Shown piece after piece: positions 17,726 through 26,882 of a stretch of 59,429 nucleotides of DNA. Position 1 is the stretch's first letter, and each line of letters begins with the position of its first letter. The stretch comes from Patescibacteria group bacterium. GTDB taxonomy: Bacteria; Patescibacteriota; Microgenomatia; Levybacterales; GWA1-39-11. The stretch is from NCBI GenBank assembly GCA_035545675.1, contig DASZYA010000029.1:1-59429 (forward strand). Direction: 5' to 3'. The notes below the pieces were generated by a model that searched no databases, was not told the DNA's origin, and worked only from the letters and a program-made list of their open reading frames with translations. A program made the position numbers and the translations under genes.

Positions 17726-18576
17726 CTTGAGTAGATTGCGGTTGGAAGAATTCTTTCATTTTTCTGCTTTATTCCTAGCTCTCCATATTCTACTTTACCT
17801 TTTAGCTTCCTTGTCGCGTCAGATAATAGATTTCCAAGAGTAATTGATGATATTGGTACAGCATAGGCTGTAGTTAATATAAATAGTGGATCATCTGTTA
17901 GGATCTGGCGGCAATAATCTAATAATTCAGGAAAATGTTCTTCAAATTTCCAAACTTCACCTTGAGCTCCTCTTCCATATTTTGGTGGGTCCATAATGAT
18001 TGCGTCGTATCGAGAGTTTCTTCTTACTTCTCTTTTTACAAATTTCATTGCATCTTCTGGTATCCAGCGAATAGGTTTTTGCTCTAGTCCAGACATTCTC
18101 TGGTTGTCGCGCGCCCAAGTAATTGCTGGTTTTGAAGCATCAACATGTACTACGTTTGCTCCGGCGTTTGATGCGGCAAGGGTTGCAGCTCCTGTATATG
18201 TAAAAAGGCTAAGAACGTTTGGTTTTCTGCCAGATTCTTTTATTTTTTGACTAATCCAGGCCCATTGGCTTGATTGATCAGGAAAAACTCCAACATGGCC
18301 AAATGAGGTAAGTCTAAGGTCAAATTTTAGGTTTTCAAAGCCAATTGGCCAAGTCTGTGGTATTTGGTTTTTGAATTCCCAGTTGCCTCCTTTATCGCTA
18401 GTGCGCCTAAAAACAGCATCTGCTTTTTGCCAGGTTGCTTCATCTTCACTTTGATTCCAAATTGCTTGGGTTTCAACGCGGTTTAGAATGTATTTTCCAA
18501 AACGTTCGAGTTTTCTCCCGTTTCCACTGTCAAGCAGTTCGTATTCACTCCAATTTGGTGTAATTATATTAATCAT
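17713..18576 (-). CDS. Class I SAM-dependent rRNA methyltransferase (RlmI/RlmK-like)
   Basis: YELLDSGNGRKLERFG, VLSLFTYTGAATLAA, VHVDASK and IIMDPPKYG. I prefer ATG 18576 because the track's TTG start at 18630 lies inside RNA copy B. Confidence 0.8.
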   Translation of the reverse strand: MINIITPNWSEYELLDSGNGRKLERFGKYILNRVETQAIWNQSEDEATWQKADAVFRRTSDKGGNWEFKNQIPQTWPIGFENLKFDLRLTSFGHVGVFPDQSSQWAWISQKIKESGRKPNVLSLFTYTGAATLAASNAGANVVHVDASKPAITWARDNQRMSGLEQKPIRWIPEDAMKFVKREVRRNSRYDAIIMDPPKYGRGAQGEVWKFEEHFPELLDYCRQILTDDPLFILTTAYAVPISSITLGNLLSDATRKLKGKVEYGELGIKQKNERILPTAIYSRWEK

Positions 18577-18585
18577 ATTTTCTTT

Positions 18586-18742
18586 GTACTTTTGAGCCGC
18601 CAAAAGTACCAAAAGCTCTTTTGCGTGCAATCCGGACTAATTTTATTTCTTCGCTTATCGGGTGATTTCACCCCCTCCGAATTCTCGGAATCCCCCTGAA
18701 CGCTCACGTATAAAATCTTAACGTCCTCTGTTGCACATGCAA
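18586..18742 (-). ncRNA. Unclassified structured RNA candidate, copy B
   Basis: Outer stem 18621-18630/18731-18742, core 18650-18706, hairpin 18676-18689, trailing 9-bp hairpin 18586-18609. Confidence 0.55.
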
Positions 18743-18762
18743 AAATAAGGAAGCTAGCTTGT

Positions 18763-18791
18763 ATTATCCTAGAATTTCACTTCTGAAGCAA
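18763..18791 (-). promoter_or_regulatory. Sigma70-like promoter TTGCTT-17-GATAAT upstream of RNA copy B
   Basis: Read on the minus strand. The -10 box ends about 20 nt before the outer stem. Confidence 0.4.
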
Positions 18792-18803
18792 GTTTGATAT
18801 ACT

Positions 18804-19364
18804 TTGGGCGTGGATAAGATTTATCTTGCAACTACAAACAAAGGGAAGCTGAAAGAACTCCAGGCAATTATTCATGTTCCCATAGAGCCAGTTGAGCTTG
18901 ATATAGATGAGGTGCAGAGTATGGATTTGGAGTACATCGCACTTAAGAAGGTTGAAGAAGCTTTTAGACAAGTTAAGAACCCCGTAATAGTGGATGATGT
19001 TGGGTTTTATCTTTCTGCATGGAACGGATTTCCCGGACCGTTCACCAAGTATCTGGCAGAAACAATTACTTATGAAGGTTTACTTGCTGTTTTAGGAGAT
19101 GAGGAGAATAGGAAAGTAAAAGTTTTAACCGCAATTGGATATCATGATGGTAAAACTCCTCATATATTTATGGGTGAATCAACTGGCGTTATTGTTCATG
19201 AAAAACGGGGAGATAAGGGATTTGGATTTGATCCAATAATTATTCCAGATGGTTATGATAAAACATTTGCAGAGCTTGATGAGGAGCTTAAAAATAAAAT
19301 ATCGTCAAGAGGTCTAGCGCTTCATAAGTTCAAAAAGTTTCTAGATGGTCAAAAAGCTACATAA
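18804..19364 (+). CDS. rdgB: Non-canonical purine NTP pyrophosphatase (RdgB/HAM1)
   Basis: IYLATTNKGKLKEL, FPGPFTKY and GFGFDPI. The start may be GTG 18810. Confidence 0.85.
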   Translation: MGVDKIYLATTNKGKLKELQAIIHVPIEPVELDIDEVQSMDLEYIALKKVEEAFRQVKNPVIVDDVGFYLSAWNGFPGPFTKYLAETITYEGLLAVLGDEENRKVKVLTAIGYHDGKTPHIFMGESTGVIVHEKRGDKGFGFDPIIIPDGYDKTFAELDEELKNKISSRGLALHKFKKFLDGQKAT

Positions 19365-19383
19365 ACGATATAATATGCTAGAA

Positions 19384-19415
19384 AACTCGTTAACTCTTTA
19401 ACGCGTTAATAAAAA
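19384..19415 (+). repeat. Octamer array AACTCGTT AACTCTTT AACGCGTT AATAAAAA in the serS 5' region
   Basis: Period 8, x4, ending 1 nt before ATG 19417. TATAAT at 19369-19374 lies upstream. Confidence 0.6.
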
Positions 19416-19416
19416 T

Positions 19417-20655
19417 ATGCTTGATCTTAAATTTATTCGTGAGAATCCTGAAAAAGTGGCAGAAGGCGCTGCTTCAAAAAATATTGAGGTACCAGTAGAA
19501 GAAATATTAAGACTAGATGAAGAAGTTCGTGCCTTATCTCGTCAACTCCAAGAATTATATACAGAGCGTAATCGCGCTGCAAAAGAACGTGATATAGAGG
19601 GTGGAAAAGAAATAAAAGCGGAAGTTGGAAGTCTTGAAGCAAGGCTAAAAGAATTAGAAGAAAAGCTTAAAAATTATCTTTATGCAATTCCAAATATGCC
19701 AGCAGCGGATGTTAAAGTCGGAAAGAACGAGGAAGAGAATGAAGTAGTAAAAACGGTTGGAGATATTCCTAATTTTGATTTTAAACCTCGTGACCATGTA
19801 GAGCTTGGCCAAATTCTAGATATTATTGATATAGATCGTGCTGCAAAAGTAGCGGGTAGCAGATTCACATACCTTAAGAATGAAGGTGTTTTGTTAGAAT
19901 TTGCTTTGATTCAATTTGCTTTAAATACCTTAATGCATGATGGTTTTACTCCAGTTATTCCTCCAGAAATTATAAAAACAGAAGTTATGAAAAGAGTTGG
20001 CTACATGGAGCACGGAGGAGCTGAGGATATGTTTCATATAGAAAAAGATGGTCTTACCCTTATTGGTACGGGAGAACATTCAACAGTTGCCATGCACATG
20101 GATGAGACCTTTCTAGAGCGCGATTTACCAAAAAGATACGTTGCTTTCTCATCTTCTTTCAGAAGAGAGGCTGGATCTTACGGTAAAGATACAAGAGGAA
20201 TCCTACGTGTTCATCAGTTTGATAAAGTGGAACTCGTTTCTTATGTTGCTCCGGAGCAGGATGAGGCCGAGCAAAAACATTTATTGGCAATTGAAGAGAA
20301 GTTCTTCAATGATCTTAAAATCCCATACCAGGTTGTTAAAATGTGTACGGGTGATTTGGGATTTGTCCAAGCAAGAAAGTTTGATATAGAAGCATGGATT
20401 CCAACGCAGAACAAATATCGCGAAATGACATCAGCATCAACGCTTACTGATTTTCAAGCAAGAAATCTTAATATTAAATTCGCTCGCGGAGCAGAAAAAA
20501 GCTTTGTTCACACTCTAAATGCAACTGGCTTTGCAATTGGCAGAACATTAATTGCAATACTTGAGAATTATCAACAAGAAGATGGTAGTGTTGTTGTTCC
20601 AGAGGTGTTAAGAAAGTATATAAACCTTGATGTAATTTCTCCAAAACGCAATTAA
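19417..20655 (+). CDS. serS: Seryl-tRNA synthetase
   Basis: N-terminal coiled coil plus class II motifs FRREAGSYGKDTRGILRVHQF and GFAIGRTLIAILENYQ. Confidence 0.95.
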   Translation: MLDLKFIRENPEKVAEGAASKNIEVPVEEILRLDEEVRALSRQLQELYTERNRAAKERDIEGGKEIKAEVGSLEARLKELEEKLKNYLYAIPNMPAADVKVGKNEEENEVVKTVGDIPNFDFKPRDHVELGQILDIIDIDRAAKVAGSRFTYLKNEGVLLEFALIQFALNTLMHDGFTPVIPPEIIKTEVMKRVGYMEHGGAEDMFHIEKDGLTLIGTGEHSTVAMHMDETFLERDLPKRYVAFSSSFRREAGSYGKDTRGILRVHQFDKVELVSYVAPEQDEAEQKHLLAIEEKFFNDLKIPYQVVKMCTGDLGFVQARKFDIEAWIPTQNKYREMTSASTLTDFQARNLNIKFARGAEKSFVHTLNATGFAIGRTLIAILENYQQEDGSVVVPEVLRKYINLDVISPKRN

Positions 20656-20727
20656 TTAACCAAAAACCAAGCATCAATTTTTCAGACAAATTATAAATTT
20701 CTAATTAATTAAAATTTAAAAATTGGT

Positions 20728-20755
20728 TTGATTAATTGAAATTTGATAATTGATT
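20728..20755 (+). repeat. 14-nt (2x7) tandem repeat TTGATTAATTGAAA / TTTGATAATTGATT
   Basis: Seen in the 535-nt serS-secA spacer. Confidence 0.5.
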
Positions 20756-20977
20756 TTTTTTAGATAGTTTATGCGTAATATTCATTAAATATTTAGCCTC
20801 AAAAAACGATCGAAAATTGGAAAAAGCAATTTGTGATTTTTACTGTTAATTCAACCTAAACTTCTATTTTTGAAGCAAAGTATTTTTCTTGACAAATATT
20901 ACCATTTTTTTGCACCATTAACTTAGTCTAATATTCCGATTTTATTGGAATAAAAAAGAGAGGGGAGGTGTTCCAAC

Positions 20978-21025
20978 ATGGCTGCAAAGAAAAAAGCTGT
21001 AAAGAAAACAAAGAAGAGAAAATAA
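20978..21025 (+). CDS. 15-codon Lys-rich micro-ORF (MAAKKKAVKKTKKRK)
   Basis: ATG preceded by GGAGG (20964-20968) at 9-nt spacing. Too short for the ORF track. Confidence 0.4.
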   Translation: MAAKKKAVKKTKKRK

Positions 21026-21093
21026 ATAAAGTCTAACTTTGTTTATTCATTGAATTCGCCTTTAGCGAATATCAATTGATCAAATGGTATTCT

Positions 21094-21131
21094 GCCCCGT
21101 TCCCCTCAAAAGGTGCGGGGCGAATTCTTTT
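21094..21131 (+). terminator. Terminator-like or attenuator hairpin 60 nt upstream of secA
   Basis: GCCCCG (21094-21099) pairs with CGGGGC (21116-21121); gaattcTTTT follows. A smaller hairpin lies at 21054-21070. Confidence 0.35.
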
Positions 21132-21191
21132 AAAACAGCCTCATATGTGATAAGATTATCGAACGTTACTATTGAGTGATACCAATTTGCT

Positions 21192-23906
21192 ATGCTAGGA
21201 GTTCTCACAAAAATATTTGATTCAAACGACCGCGAAGTTAAAAAGCTTCTTCCCATCATCGATGAGATAAATGCACTTGAGCCTAAGATGAAAAAGCTCA
21301 AGGATGAAGACTTTCCCAAAAAGACAAAGGAATTTAAAAAAAGAATAGAAGAAGGGGAAAATATATTCTTAATCTTGCCAGAAGCTTTTGCATTAGCTCG
21401 TGAAGCTGCTTTTAGAAGTGTAGGATTGAGGCCATATGATGTTCAACTTATGGCAGCTACCGCACTTTCACAAGGAAAGGTAGCTGAGCAAAAAACAGGA
21501 GAAGGAAAAACATTATCTGCGGTTCCCGCTTTGTATCTTAATGCGCTAACGGGAAATAGCGTACATCTTGTTACTGTTAATGATTATCTAGCTCGCCGTG
21601 ATGCTGGATGGATGGGTGCAGTTTTTGCATTTTTGGGCATGACAACTGCTTCTATAATCTCTGAAAATTCCTTTATTTATGATGAATCTTTTGTAGAAAA
21701 TGACGCCTCAGACTATAGATTATCTCATCTAAAACCAACTACCCGTCGTGAAGCCTATCAGGCAGATATTGTTTATGGTATTAACTCAGAATTTGGTTTT
21801 GATTATCTTCGTGACAACATGGTTACAGAACCATCTCAGATGGTGCAAGGAAAACACTTCTTTGCCATTATTGATGAAGTAGACTCCGTTTTGATAGATG
21901 AGGCTCGTACTCCTCATATTATCTCAATGCCAGATGCCACCCCATCACAAAAATATTATGAGTATGCAAGAATGGTTGATAAGCTTACAGCAGAGGAAGA
22001 CTATCAAATAGATGAGAAATCTAGAACAGCTCATCTTACAGATCAAGGAATACTAAAAGTAGAAAAACTTTACAACGTAAAAGATATATATGAAAAGGAT
22101 TTTGATACCGTTTACCACATAGAAGCAGCTCTTAAGGCAAATACGCTTTTCCACAAAGATCGGGACTATATAGTTCGTGATGGACAGGTAATCTTGGTTG
22201 ATGAATTCACAGGAAGACTACTTGAGGGAAGAAGATTGTCAGAAGGACTTCATCAGGCAATAGAAGCAAAAGAAGGTGCACAAATCCAGCAGGAATCAAA
22301 AACCCTTGCTACAGTTTCTCTTCAGAACTACTTTAGAATGTATGAAAAACTCGGTGGAATGACTGGAACTGCCGTAACCGAGGCGGAAGAATTCCAAAAG
22401 ATTTATGGATTAGATGTTGTTGTTGTGCCAACTCATCGTGGCATGGTCAGAATTGATGAAGGAGATCTAATTTATAAGACTACAAAAGCAAAGATCAATG
22501 CAATCGTAGATAAGGTTGAAGAAGCACACAAAAAAGGACAGCCGGTTTTGGTTGGTACAACTTCAATTGATAAAAATGAAATTATCTCTGATGCTCTTAA
22601 CCGCCGCGGAATAAAGCACGAGGTTTTGAATGCTAAAAACCACCTTAAAGAGGCCATGATTATTAAGGATGCAGGACGTTTTAAATCAGTCACTGTTGCA
22701 ACAAACATGGCTGGTCGTGGAGTTGATATTATCCTTGGAGGGCAAGAACCATCTAAATTTGATGCAATTTATCGCGGAAGTAGTGGGGCAAAAAAGCTAG
22801 AAGCAGACGAGAAGAAATGGCAGAAAGAACACGATGAAGTTATAAATGCAGGTGGATTATTTGTTATAGGAACAGATAAGCACGAATCAAGAAGAATAGA
22901 TAATCAGCTTAGAGGCCGTGCTGGACGTCAGGGAGACCCGGGACAATCAGTTTTTATAGTATCTCTAGAAGATGATCTAATGCGTGTTTTTGGAGGAGAG
23001 CAGATATCAGGGCTCATGACCCGCTTTAATTTCCCGGAAGATACTCCGCTTGCTCACGGATTGGTAAGTAGGTTAATTGAGCAAGCTCAGGTTAAGGTAG
23101 AAGGATTTAACTTTGAGATAAGAAAGAATTTGCTTGATTATGATGATGTTCTCAATAAACAGAGAGAAATAATCTACAAAGAGAGGCAAAAGATTGTTAG
23201 AAACGAAGAGGATATGATGTCCTTTGTAAAAGGAAAAGTTAACGAGGCAATTACTTCAATTGTTGCTATGAATTTGTTCTCAGAAGCATCTGATGGATAC
23301 AAAACAGTTGTGGAAGAATTTGCCAATATTATTCCATTTGATGAGCACTCAAAAGGACATTTAGTTGAGCAGGTTCAACAACTCAACAATCAAGAAAAGG
23401 TAATAGAGTTTTTAACCGGTCTCTCAGCTCAACTCATGGAGAATTGGGAAAAGCAGTTTGGTAAAGAACAGATTGACCATGTATTCAAATTAATTACCTT
23501 ATCTACTATTGATAATCTTTGGATGGAGCACCTAACTGCAATGGAAGATCTTAGGACGGGTATTGGACTAAGGGGTTATGGACAACGTGATCCATTGGTT
23601 GAATATAAAAATGAAGCTTTCCAAACATTTGAAAGACTAATGGCAAATATTGATGATGAAATAGTTCACCGCGCTTTCAAGGTAAATATGGGTCAGGTTG
23701 TTCCACAGCCAGAAACTCCAAAAAATGTTAGTACAAACACTCCAGAATCAGAAGTTGGAGAAAAAGCAGCTAAGAAAGCTGCAAAGTCTACAAAGAAGGT
23801 TAAAATTGATAGTGGAGAGGTTAAAAAAATCAGCCGCAACGACCCATGTTGGTGTGGATCAGGTAAGAAATGGAAGAAGTGTCACTATCCTCAACTCCCT
23901 TCCTAA
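21192..23906 (+). CDS. secA: Preprotein translocase ATPase SecA
   Basis: MLGVLTKIFDSNDREVKKL, AEQKTGEGKT, IIDEVDSVLIDEAR and the C-terminal zinc motif CWCGSGKKWKKCH. Confidence 0.97.
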   Translation: MLGVLTKIFDSNDREVKKLLPIIDEINALEPKMKKLKDEDFPKKTKEFKKRIEEGENIFLILPEAFALAREAAFRSVGLRPYDVQLMAATALSQGKVAEQKTGEGKTLSAVPALYLNALTGNSVHLVTVNDYLARRDAGWMGAVFAFLGMTTASIISENSFIYDESFVENDASDYRLSHLKPTTRREAYQADIVYGINSEFGFDYLRDNMVTEPSQMVQGKHFFAIIDEVDSVLIDEARTPHIISMPDATPSQKYYEYARMVDKLTAEEDYQIDEKSRTAHLTDQGILKVEKLYNVKDIYEKDFDTVYHIEAALKANTLFHKDRDYIVRDGQVILVDEFTGRLLEGRRLSEGLHQAIEAKEGAQIQQESKTLATVSLQNYFRMYEKLGGMTGTAVTEAEEFQKIYGLDVVVVPTHRGMVRIDEGDLIYKTTKAKINAIVDKVEEAHKKGQPVLVGTTSIDKNEIISDALNRRGIKHEVLNAKNHLKEAMIIKDAGRFKSVTVATNMAGRGVDIILGGQEPSKFDAIYRGSSGAKKLEADEKKWQKEHDEVINAGGLFVIGTDKHESRRIDNQLRGRAGRQGDPGQSVFIVSLEDDLMRVFGGEQISGLMTRFNFPEDTPLAHGLVSRLIEQAQVKVEGFNFEIRKNLLDYDDVLNKQREIIYKERQKIVRNEEDMMSFVKGKVNEAITSIVAMNLFSEASDGYKTVVEEFANIIPFDEHSKGHLVEQVQQLNNQEKVIEFLTGLSAQLMENWEKQFGKEQIDHVFKLITLSTIDNLWMEHLTAMEDLRTGIGLRGYGQRDPLVEYKNEAFQTFERLMANIDDEIVHRAFKVNMGQVVPQPETPKNVSTNTPESEVGEKAAKKAAKSTKKVKIDSGEVKKISRNDPCWCGSGKKWKKCHYPQLPS

Positions 23907-23951
23907 TTTTCTTACATTGACACGAAATTTAAAGTGTGAAATGCTATTTGC

Positions 23952-24542
23952 ATGAAGAAAAGGAAGGTAATTAAAAAAACATCTACAAAATCAGTTAGGA
24001 AATCCAATAAATCTAGCTCACCATTATTGAGAGTTTTAATCCTCTTATTCATCCTGGGAACAATTGTATTGTTTGCATCACGGATTAACCTCAAAAATAC
24101 TCAAATGAAATCAAATATTAAATCTCCAACTAGCACTTCCGTTCCTAGTCCCACTTTAAGTCCAACACCAACGCTGATTCCTTTTACTCCCACACCAACG
24201 CCAGATTTGACTATTACGATTGGAGAAATAACTTCACGCTGTATAACTCTTTCTGCGGGGGATTCTGCTTGCGGTGAGGGTAATTTTAAATCAGCTTCTG
24301 AAAGTGGAGTAAATTACGTTGTTTACAATATAGGAAATGGAGGATGTGGAAGATTTGATCTTCCAGTTGGAGTTGTTGCTTATGACGGTGGCTACTTGCA
24401 TTATCTAGCGTTTGGTCCAAGAAAAACAATATTTGACTGTACTCTGAATTTTTATACAACGGCTGGTTATAACTATCTTAAAAGTCTTGGAAAGCTTCCT
24501 GAACAGGCTGAAAGCACCCCTATCCCAAGCTACTTCCCATAA
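23952..24542 (+). CDS. Membrane-anchored hypothetical protein with PT linker and a 4-Cys globular domain
   Basis: Basic N-terminus plus TM helix, a SPTLSPTPTLIPFTPTPTP linker and four Cys. Confidence 0.5.
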   Translation: MKKRKVIKKTSTKSVRKSNKSSSPLLRVLILLFILGTIVLFASRINLKNTQMKSNIKSPTSTSVPSPTLSPTPTLIPFTPTPTPDLTITIGEITSRCITLSAGDSACGEGNFKSASESGVNYVVYNIGNGGCGRFDLPVGVVAYDGGYLHYLAFGPRKTIFDCTLNFYTTAGYNYLKSLGKLPEQAESTPIPSYFP

Positions 24543-24578
24543 ATCCATTGAAATTTATGGTAGTATTATATCCACATT

Positions 24579-25862
24579 ATGCCAGAAGCTGTTGATGCCT
24601 CAGAGATTAAAATAAACTCTCCAGTAATTAGCTCAAAAGAGAGCGCTTTAGCACGTACAGAAGGAAGGCCGATTTTAGTTCTAAATCCCGGACATGGTAA
24701 TGAGCCATATATTATGGCAACTGCGATTGGTAGAGAGGTAAGTAAGAAGTTCGAGTCAGCTGGCTTGGAGAAGCCAATACTTGTTATGCCTCTTTTGTAC
24801 GGAGACCGACAAAAGAGAATAATTCTTGAAGAAAACCCAAACGATGCATCGATGATTTATTTTGATGAGAAATTTGGAGATATCTTAAAAGATATTATGT
24901 TTGGATCAGGGGATTTTGGTCAGCATGTTGCTCAGGTTAATGCTCACTACGATGAGGTGGATAAGATGCTTAATAATCGCTTTAATATCAACTCAGAGTC
25001 CTTTACGGCCAGGTCAGCTGTAACTCAAGAAAGTGCAGAACTCAGCCCAAAAAACATTGTAGGAGTGATTGAAACGGGAAATAAAGTATCGGTTAAAGTT
25101 CCACATAGGTATTATGCTTTCCCAGAAGTGTTATCAAGAGTTTTAAATGAAAGCATTAAACATCCGGAATTGGGATTTAGTGAAGCTGATATGAAGAAAT
25201 TGGCAAACAGAATGATAAAAGTTGAAGCAGCTTATTCTCAAGTTTTTATTCCCTGGGTTAGTACTTTTTCATACCAAAATGCTGAAGATCTTAGTACGCA
25301 GCCAACGACTGTTGAAGGAGTATCAAGAACTTATACGCCAGCAATGAAGTCTGATATTGCAGTAACTAATGGTGAGGTTGAGCCAGGGGTATATATTATG
25401 TTTAGTGGAACAGGAAGTGCTAGTGAGGCAAATAAATCATTAATCAGCGCAGCTCATCAGGCAGGAATAAAAGCCTTTGCGCCACCTTGGGAAAACATAG
25501 AAGGGGCAGAAAAAGCTCCGCCTTCTGTTATGTCAGATAGAAATATTCAGGCAATTATGGGTAGAAGTGGTTGGGGAACGGGTTGGCAAGCAATGCAGCT
25601 TGAGAAACCATGGCTTGTAACACCATATCAAAGGGGTGATGATCCAGAAATATATTTCAACAATAAGACAATTGAAGCTTTGAAGTTGGGGAGATTGGTA
25701 GGCTCAGAAGGAATAAGCGCAGATGAATTAATTAGTGCAGCTCAGGAAATTTCTCCGGGTCTAGCTAGTTTAAATATTGCCATTAGGCAAAGGTTTGGTA
25801 CGACAGACGGTATAGATTATATAGCTGATAATATATTTAAAGACCTCGTTAAAAGTAAATAG
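24579..25862 (+). CDS. Hypothetical protein, possibly a divergent GT-B-fold glycosyltransferase-like protein
   Basis: ILVLNPGHGNEPYIMATAIG (N-lobe-like) and MGRSGWGTGWQAMQLEKPWLVTPY...DDPEIYFNNKTIE. The second stretch is similar to the GT1/GT28 C-lobe pattern G.G..E....G.P....P...DQ..NA. Weak, by eye only. Confidence 0.3.
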   Translation: MPEAVDASEIKINSPVISSKESALARTEGRPILVLNPGHGNEPYIMATAIGREVSKKFESAGLEKPILVMPLLYGDRQKRIILEENPNDASMIYFDEKFGDILKDIMFGSGDFGQHVAQVNAHYDEVDKMLNNRFNINSESFTARSAVTQESAELSPKNIVGVIETGNKVSVKVPHRYYAFPEVLSRVLNESIKHPELGFSEADMKKLANRMIKVEAAYSQVFIPWVSTFSYQNAEDLSTQPTTVEGVSRTYTPAMKSDIAVTNGEVEPGVYIMFSGTGSASEANKSLISAAHQAGIKAFAPPWENIEGAEKAPPSVMSDRNIQAIMGRSGWGTGWQAMQLEKPWLVTPYQRGDDPEIYFNNKTIEALKLGRLVGSEGISADELISAAQEISPGLASLNIAIRQRFGTTDGIDYIADNIFKDLVKSK

Positions 25863-25882
25863 TATAAGTGTTAAAGATTGTT

Positions 25883-26134
25883 TTAGATTTTGATAAATCG
25901 CTCCAAATCCATTGTTAGAGTTTGGGGTTCAAAAGCTTCCAATAACGCCGTTCTAATTGCTTCGCCTCTAGTATCTGGTCTATACTGTCTTCCTCCAACC
26001 ATGCCTTCATTTTCTGCATTTTCAATTTGCCTTTGTGTTTCTATGTCGTATCTCGGCGATTCGTTAATATATATGGCACTTCCATTTTCTAAACTCATAT
26101 AAAGCATTTTATCTATAATGCTTTTTGAGATCAA
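25883..26134 (-). CDS. Hypothetical small protein
   Basis: 83-aa ORF with a TTG start in the track and internal ATGs at codons 10 and 13. No motif recognised. Confidence 0.3.
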   Translation of the reverse strand: MISKSIIDKMLYMSLENGSAIYINESPRYDIETQRQIENAENEGMVGGRQYRPDTRGEAIRTALLEAFEPQTLTMDLERFIKI

Positions 26135-26147
26135 TTTTTATAAGTTT

Positions 26148-26176
26148 TTGATAAAAATCATATAAAATGTTAAAAT
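26148..26176 (+). promoter_or_regulatory. Sigma70-like promoter TTGATA-17-TAAAAT with TGT extension
   Basis: TTGATA 26148-26153, TGTTAAAAT 26168-26176, about 55-nt leader to ATG 26236. Confidence 0.55.
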
Positions 26177-26235
26177 ATTAACAGTTCGGCTCTCTATCTC
26201 TCGCTCACTGCAAGCGCGTCGAAGTAAATTAAATT

Positions 26236-26862
26236 ATGATTACCGTTCCTGATGCTACCAAAAAAATTATAGAGAGGTCTCGTTATTTATCCGAGGCTAT
26301 ATCAAAAGGTCTTATTAATTATTCAGCGCTTGCTCGTTATATAAAGCCAGAGCTTGAAAAGATGCTTATTAAAGATGTTAGTGAGGCATCAATCGTTATG
26401 GCATTAAAACGCCTGGAAAAAGATTTTAAGCCAAAGTACAGATATAACAATATATTCAAATCTCCTCCAGAAATTACAATGCGTTCCAATCTGATTTTTT
26501 TGGCAATAAGCGGAGCGGGAAGATATTTGCCAGAGACAAAAAGTATTTTATTTAAGACAGACTCAGATAGTCAAACTTCTATGATTGTAGATCAAGAATT
26601 TATAGAAAAGCCAAGAATTCCAATTGATTATATCCAAAAGCAGATAGATCAAGTCTCTGTAATTTCTATAAAGCTACCTAGTGAAGCATTAGCTACTTAT
26701 GGTGTTTTTTATTTTTTTCTTAAGTCTCTTGCCTGGGAAGCAATTAATATAATTGAATTTTATTCAACTCTTGATTCTATAAATATTGTTGTTGGTGAAT
26801 CCGATTCAGAAAGATCACTTGCTGTTATTCGCTCCCTTGTATCGGGTCGTCAGGATTACTAA
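26236..26862 (+). CDS. Hypothetical protein (possible N-terminal HTH plus C-terminal ACT-like domain)
   Basis: The C-terminal pattern VSVISIKLP...GVFYFFLKSLAWEAINIIEFYSTLDSINIVV resembles ACT repeats. By eye only. Confidence 0.3.
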   Translation: MITVPDATKKIIERSRYLSEAISKGLINYSALARYIKPELEKMLIKDVSEASIVMALKRLEKDFKPKYRYNNIFKSPPEITMRSNLIFLAISGAGRYLPETKSILFKTDSDSQTSMIVDQEFIEKPRIPIDYIQKQIDQVSVISIKLPSEALATYGVFYFFLKSLAWEAINIIEFYSTLDSINIVVGESDSERSLAVIRSLVSGRQDY

Positions 26863-26882
26863 ATTTTGCTATCATAAAATGA

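Noticed and set aside
21080-21319. 79-aa minus-strand ORF overlapping the secA start.
   Set aside because: It is antisense to the well-supported secA N-terminus and the attenuator-like hairpin, and it has no independent signals.
24568-24576. DnaA-box-like ATATCCACA upstream of 24579. The long AT-rich serS-secA spacer (20656-20977) was also considered as a replication origin.
   Set aside because: There is a single 8/9 box with no cluster. The long spacer has no DnaA-box-like 9-mers that I could find, and no dnaA or dnaN gene is nearby.
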